Shown here piece after piece: positions 57,407 through 64,000 of a stretch of 64,000 nt of DNA. A program made the translations under genes and the position numbers. The stretch lies in assembly GCF_009914755.1 (NCBI RefSeq), contig NC_060931.1; one strand, 5' to 3'. Within the stretch, counting starts at the first letter, position 1; the number at the start of each line of letters is the position of its first letter. The DNA comes from the human T2T-CHM13v2.0 reference genome, Homo sapiens. Below the pieces are notes generated by a model. It did no database searches, was not told where the DNA came from, and saw nothing but the letters and a program-made list of their open reading frames with translations.

Positions 57407-58639
57407 GTTTCTTGTTTTTGAAAGATACTCAGGATGAGGCTGCAGACACAGGAACTGTCTTTCTCTTCTTTGAACAAACCAAGCTGTTTTTTGCCTCAAG
57501 CGCTTTGCGTTCTCTGTTCCTGCTGCTGGGAGCACCGCTGTGCTTTGCCCTGTCCAAGATGTGTTCTTTCCCACAGGTGTTGGCTTAGGGTAACTGACTC
57601 AGGAGGGTCTTCCCGGCAGACTGCAGGCTCTGAAGGGTCACCCACCCTTGCGTACACTCATGTTGTAAATGAGTTTTGACCCTGCTGGTGCCAACAACTG
57701 CTGCTCTGTGTGTTCTTTTAGAATGCTGCCTGGCTTGGAATGATCTTGTTTCTGTTTACTTGTTGATTGTGCATCTGCTTTCTTCTCTTTTTGTATTTTT
57801 TGTGAGAAGACAGGTCCATCTCCCTAGTTTTTCCCTCTACGGAAGTTCCCAGCCATGCCTGGTACAGAGCATGCTACCAATTAATATATTTCTAATGGAA
57901 GCCAGAAGCTGGGAGTCCAATCAGAAGGCGAATTGAGGTATCACAGAGCAGGAAGAATGGCTGCTTGGACTACATAGAGGCAGTGGAGATGGAATGAAGA
58001 GGATGGGTATGTTTTGAGAGGAAATGGATGACTTGTGAGACTAGAAATTTGGGAAGTTAGAAGGATAGAGGAAATGGTCTCTAGAGAGCACCTCGTATAA
58101 GAATAAGAGGCACAGGGTTGGCGGTGGAGGCGCTTGGAGGCACAGAAGGGTGCTCTTCCTACTTTTTTCTTATCGTAATTCTCCTCTGAGGATACAAGTA
58201 AAGGTCTTATTCATGTGGATAAAATTGCCAAATTTTATGTTTCTCAGAAGCAGTTTTGTGAATCAGTAAGTGTGAAGGAAATAGCCCAGGTATTAAAGGG
58301 AGGAATCTGGAAAGGTTTGGGCCGAGCAGCTTCCAGGGGCTTTGTGGCCTTGGGTTATCCTTGTCCTCGTCTAACCTGCATGCCGTGTTGACTGAGTATG
58401 GAATTTTCCCCAAATCTTTGTTTTTATTGACGTAGAACACGATTGATTTTCAATCAGTTGATCAAATTCCTAAGTGGAGCACACTGGAATGTGTGTGGCC
58501 ACCTTCTGAGGGTTCATGAAAAAGAAGTGGAAGGATTCCAAGAGCAGCCAGGCTTTCACCTTCATTGAAGCTGCAGCCTCGTCCATCAGAGGCACAGACA
58601 CAAGAAACATAGCTCTGAGCAGAAAACACAGAATACAGC

Positions 58640-59243
58640 TGTTACTGGAAAGGGGTCCAGTCCAGACCTGAAGAGAAGGTTCTTGGACCTCACGCAAGAA
58701 GGAATTCAGGGCAAGTCTATAGAGTAAAGTGAAACTTGATTAGAGAAATAAAGAAACAAAAGAATGGCTACTCCGTAGGCAGAGCAGTGGCATAGGCTGC
58801 TCAATTGAGTTAGTTATTTCTGGATCATATGCTAAACAAGGGCTGGATCATTCATGAGTTTTCCAGGTTGGGGCAGAGATTTCACGGAACTGAGAGTTCC
58901 TCCCCATCTTAGACCATATAGGGTAATTTCTGGATGTTGGCGTGGCATTTGTAAACTGTCATGGTGCCGGTGGGAGTGTCTTTCAGCATGCGAATGCATT
59001 ATAATTCAAGCAGTGAGGGGTCACTTTCATTGACATCTTGGTTTCGATGGGTTTTAGACGGCTTCTTTACTATATCTCATTTTATCAGCAGGACCTTTGT
59101 GACTTGTATCTTGTGCTGACCTCCTATCTCATCCTGTGACTAAGAGCACCTAACCTCCTGGGAATGCAGCCCAGTAGGTCTCAGCCTTGTTTTACCCAGC
59201 CCCTATTCAAGATGGAGTCACTTTGGTTCAAACGCCTCTGACA
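58640..59243 (-). mobile_element. MER41(B)-like ERV1 solo LTR
   Basis: TGTTACTGGAAAGGGGTCC...CAAGATGGAGTCACTTTGGTTCAAACGCCTCTGACA; approximate 4-bp TSD CAGC/TAGC. Confidence 0.85.
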
Positions 59244-59747
59244 TAGCTGAGCATTAAGTACCATAGCAGTTTGGATAAGTGGGAAGTAATTGATATGGAT
59301 GGGCACACCAGGTGGGGAGGACTTTCTGGAAATAGTGATACATTGATGGTAAATACGATTTGGCTGTGCCAAAAAGATGGAGAATTTTAGGCAGAGGGAG
59401 CAATTTGGTCAAGTGTGAAGACAGAGCTGACCATGGAGCAGTTTAACTTTTCCCGACATAAAATGCGAATTTCCAAGCTGAAGAGGAGCGGATCTAGAGC
59501 CCAAGGTGGCTAACGCTGCCATAAGCTAGTTTCAGTCCCGTCTTTGCTGACGGTGTGATATTCCTGAGGCCACCGGGGATGATTCACAAGGGTGTGCCGT
59601 GATTCCCTTTCACAGAAGCAGTTTAAAAATAAAATCTCTTGCACTCCCTCTTAGCCAAAGGAATCCATTGAAAGCCACCAATGTACTTCGCTAGCAGTAG
59701 AAGCGTCCCATTTGGTGGATGATGCCTTTCAAACCAGGATCACTTAC

Positions 59748-60705
59748 TGCATTCCTTTCCCAGAGCTGCCGTAACCAGGGACCTAGACCTGGCAATTTTA
59801 ACAGCGGAAACCTACTGGCTCACAGTCTTGGGAGCCTGTAGGTCTGAAGTCAGAGCATCGGCTGGGTTCATTCCAGGGCTGCGAGGGAGGGTCTGTCTCA
59901 GGCCTGTCTTCTCGGCTTGTAGCTGGCTGTCTTTGTGTTCACCCAGCATTCTGCTTTGTAGAGGAGTAAAAATAAAATTTACCTCTATCTTCTTAAGTTC
60001 TCTAGCCAGGCCCTATAAACTAGACTGGCAAAAAATAATAATAATAATAAGAGAAAATTACACAGATTTACTTAATAAGTCCCATGTGATATGGAAGCCT
60101 TCCTAAGGCAGTGGAGACCTGAAGAGACAGTGAAGACCTGAAGGGACAGTGGGGACCCGAAGAGACAGTGATGCCTCAGCGCTTTCTGTAGTATGCTGGA
60201 TGAGGACGCAGAGGTCATGGGGAAGCGTGACAGGACAAAGGGAGTGAGCTGAGGGTGGTCGGTGGGAACCGCAGCAAGGTCTGTGTGCTCAGCCTCCTCC
60301 CGGCTGCCTCTGCCTTTGGAGATGGGGATGCTGTCTCCAGTGGGGCATTTGGAGGGTGCCGCTCACAGGTGGGTCCTAGGACCTCCTTCTGGGGAGGCGG
60401 GGAAGTCAGATGGTCCTTCCTGCGCCTGACACTGCTCACATTCTTCCAGCTTATAATATTCAGTATGCCAAGGTAGCATCTTTGTGGTAGTGTGTCCTGA
60501 ATCACACCAGCCTCTGTGCCAGTCTGTGTCCACATTTCCCCTTCTCATAAAGACGCTGGCATGTTGGATTAGAGCCATACCGGTGACCTCATGGTAACCT
60601 AGTTGCCTTTGGAAAGACCTTGTCTTCAAATAAGCTCATATTCTGAGGTATTGGGCATTGGGACTTCAGCATATGAATTTGAAGGGATACAATCAACTCA
60701 TAAAA
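59748..60705 (-). mobile_element. MLT1-type LTR with a nested MER34-like LTR (~59957-60509)
   Basis: MLT1 halves (GCTGCCGTAAC...CTCACAGT; CATATTCTGAGGTATTGGG...GGACTTCAGCATATGAATTT) flank a TG...CA-bounded ERV1-like LTR. Confidence 0.65.
60107..60170. repeat. 19-bp tandem repeat, ~3.4 copies
   Basis: G(G/A)CAGTG(G/A)(A/G)GACC(T/C)GAAG(A/G). Confidence 0.9.
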
Positions 60706-62699
60706 TTGCCATGATTTTTTTTCAAATAAGCTGCTATTTACTTTTAAAAAATAAGGTCCAATACTGTGGCCATATTGCTTTCTGTCACCAGCAGGTGGCA
60801 TTTCTATAGTCCAGGGATGGCAAAGGAAGAGCCGAGTGCTTTCCTGTTGTTTTATTTGGAAAATGAAGCATTGTTATGTACGGGTGAGAGAGAGAGCACA
60901 GATTAAACTTTGGAAATGATAGTCAATGGTACATGATGATGCATGGAGACTTTTGCCATAAATTCTAGACATATTACAGGAAAACCAGCAAGCCCACACC
61001 GGTTCCCATGGAAGTCAGGAATCACACTGGCTTCTGGGCTTGACCCTGTCAATAACCAGCTTCCAGGCTCCGACCAAAACACTTAGAAATAGGAATGTTA
61101 ATACTGAGATAATTGTGGCCCAGAGACATTTTCTTCTCTACCTTCCTTACTGTTTTTTTTTTTATTTTTTTTAGGATCAGATGAGATAAAATATGTAGAC
61201 TTATTCAAAAATGAACAAAATATAATACAACTTAAACAAAGGTCCCACTTACCTGTCCTCTATAATATAGACTACCTTCCCTTCAAAACACCCTCCCCGA
61301 GAACAATAACTGCGAGGAGGAACTTTATTTCCTTCAAGCAGTAATCAAGCCTGGCCCATACGAGATATTAAACAGGCATGAAATAAACAGGCACAGGTAA
61401 AGATGACTGAAGAAGTTATTCTGATTCACATTTAAGGATTGACATTACTTCAAGCAAAATTGGGAAAGAATATGAAACAAAAGATGTGTGGTCTCTACTC
61501 TTTAAAAGCTCACAGTTAATTTTGCTGTATTTTTAAGAGAAAAGCAAAATGGATATATATAAAACAGATTAATAGACGACTGAATTGCTCCAAAATCATT
61601 CATTCGTTTATGACACAGTGCGGTCCTGAGACTCCTCCTGCAGGCAGCTGGGGTGGTCTCTGCCCGGAGCATCGGCATGAGCCGCACTGCAGTGGAGTGA
61701 GTGTTGCCTGGTGTTGCCCACACTGATGGATGTCTGGAAGTGCAGCTAAGTGCAGCCACAGAGATTCACTGTAAGAGCACTGGATCCTTTACTCTGAGAA
61801 GGAGATGTGGCAGTAGCGCCTGGTAGCATAGGCCCCGTGGCCCCTTGTCCCTGAAGCTTCTTCCGTTAACAGACCTCACAGAGCCCAGCCCTCATTTCCT
61901 TGCAGCTCAATCCATTTCTTTCCAGTCTCGGAGATGCTTTTCTTATGACTCAATCAAGGGCTTGCATGGTGTGTGGTGCTGGCACTGCTTTCAGAGGCTG
62001 CCTGATGATTCCGAGATCCCTCTGCTACTTTTTCGTGCCTCATGCGTCTTAGGGAAGGTGTTTGCAGGTGAAGGAAAAGGTGGGTAGGGTAGACGTTCAA
62101 AGGGAATCATGAACTTGTTTTGTGTCTCTTCAAAAAAACTGAGCAAGCTGATTCTCACACACCTAAACACGAAAGCATTTTGTTACTAAGCTCTGGACTG
62201 TAACACCCCAAACTGCATATGTCCCTGATAAACTTTATTTTCCTCTAATCACTTGGAAGAACCGAGTTTACTGTGTGTAACTGCAAGGGGCAAAGAGACA
62301 TTGGTGAGTAGAAGGTAGAAAATTCCTCCTTGCATGAAAGGGAAGCTGGCTTCTCTGTAACAATTGTTGCTATCTAAAGCTAGTGGGAACCAGCTGGTGG
62401 GAATAAACTAAGCGCCCCTTGAAAGGCTGAAACAGGGTCTGGAGGGTGAGTGGCTACTCTAGGGGGATCCCAGCACTGGGTTAGAGGCCAAGCTGGATTA
62501 ATCTAGTCAACACATCTCTAATGTTTTCCTAGCTTGAGTCAGCACTGAGTCGATTTGGTATAAGAAAGAAAGGAAACATATTCCTGTGGGGAGACAGACA
62601 GGGCAAGAGCACTTCTTATAAAAATTAGCATACAGAGGGATCATTAGGCTCAGCCTCAGGTGGAACAGGTGCCTACTGGAAGGAGCACCTCGGTTTACC

Positions 62700-63500
62700 T
62701 GGGGACAGGGTAGGAAAGGTTTCAAGGGACAGGAGGCATTTAAGAATTAAAATTAAACACTGAGGCTTCTGGGTTGAATAGGAGTTTGTCAGGTAGACAT
62801 GGTAGGAAGGGAGTCCAGGCAGAGATGGCGGCATGTAGAAAAATAACAAGGCCCAAGAGAGCCGCTGAAACTTCATGGAATGTTAGGTGTGAGACAAGAG
62901 GAGGTAGAGCTGGACTAGGAATTGGAAGCCTGGTTTTGAAGATCCCTGTACGTTATGCGCCGGGAGTTTGTAGGTGATGAGGAGGTATGACATAAGTCTC
63001 AGCAGGGGACTGCCACGATCACATATGCTTGTTAGAAATATGTTTGCAGGTGGAGAAGAGACTGGTGAGAAGTGAGGGTGGATAAAGAAGCGGTATTGAG
63101 AGGTAATACCACAGCCCAGGAAGGAACGCCTGAAGTGGAAATAAGGAAAGATTGGCAGCCCCTTAGGCGGTGGACTCAGATGGACTGTAGCATTGCTTAC
63201 AGAGAGAGGAGCTGTGAGAAAATAAGTGTCCTATTTCTTACCTTGCCAGTTGGGTGGATGCTGACCTCATTCAAGGAAAATAAGAAGGAGCAGAGGGCAG
63301 AGAAGATGGAGATGCAGACATGGACATGTACAATGGCAAGGAACATATCGGTGGTGGATGCAGTAAAGAGTTGGCTCTCTAGGTCTGCAACATAGAGGTC
63401 GAACCTGAAGATCAAGCTGGGGGTCAACATGTCTCGCGGAATGCAAGCCACGTAGGTGTGCGTGCGGTGCCCTAGGGAGAGAAGACAGGATGGAGCACAG
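62700..63500 (-). mobile_element. Highly diverged L2 remnant
   Basis: Purine-rich L2-like motifs (AATAGGAGTTTGTCAGGTAGA, GGGTGGATG, AGAGGTC). Confidence 0.5.
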
Positions 63501-64000
63501 GGAGCGGCCAACACCTAGGTGAGCAGATAGTCTTCCCTAGGACAGCTCACGGCAGGGAGAGAAACCATGAGACTTGAGAAGCAACAGAAGGGAATGCAGT
63601 GAGGGAAACATTTCAAGTAAGAGGGAAGAAATAAAAAAACCGGAGGTCAAAGACAGGCCAAAGTTGCCCATTGTCTATCCACTGCACTTTGGTGGCCCTG
63701 GCGAGAGCTACTCTGCAGAAAAGTGAGAAGTGAAAATCAGAGCCCTGGGGCTGAGAAGCGCATTGGAGGTTAAAAACACCCGGGGGAGTGAGCGTGGAAC
63801 TCGCCAACACGCACAGTTGCTCACCCTAGCACAGGTGCATCTGGACGCAAAGCAAGGGGGAGAGTGAGGGAGAATATCTGACCTGCTCCTGTTTCAGCTG
63901 AGATTCCAGCGGGTTAGAAGCGCTCGAGGTCAGTCAGGCAGGAGCTGGTGAGATACACGTATGGGGGCAAGGAAACGCTACGAGACTGAGGATTGAGCTC

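Overview
Primate, almost certainly human, genomic DNA. The window opens on an alternative first coding exon of DPP6: ATG at 283 encodes MKEKAMIKTAKMQGNVM, the N-terminus I recognise as the DPP6-K isoform of this Kv4 channel auxiliary subunit, and the exon ends at a phase-0 ATG|GTGAGT donor. A CpG island follows, then ~63 kb of the first intron. No downstream DPP6 exon is visible, so gene identity rests on these 17 residues. The intron holds about 24 Alus (16 antisense, 8 sense), L1/L2/MIR remnants, many solo LTRs (MER67-, MST-, MER39-, MLT2-, MER34-, THE1-, MLT1-, MER41-like), DNA-transposon relics, microsatellites and a 13-copy 45-bp minisatellite. Nearly all ORFs in the track are repeat- or GC-derived noise. 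I cannot support a new multi-gene system. The most interesting unexplained signals are: a candidate neural microexon or recursive splice site at ~50.8 kb; a strong-Kozak minimal uORF ahead of four in-frame Mets; a templated 74-bp insertion with fold-back inside an LTR; a candidate retrotransposed non-Alu RNA inside an MLT1 LTR; a TATA-exon-intron-exon-like cassette at ~54.1-54.5 kb; an RBFOX-motif-rich VNTR; and an NKX2 motif cluster. Repeat family names come from my recall of consensus sequences, not a database search, and boundaries of old repeats are approximate.
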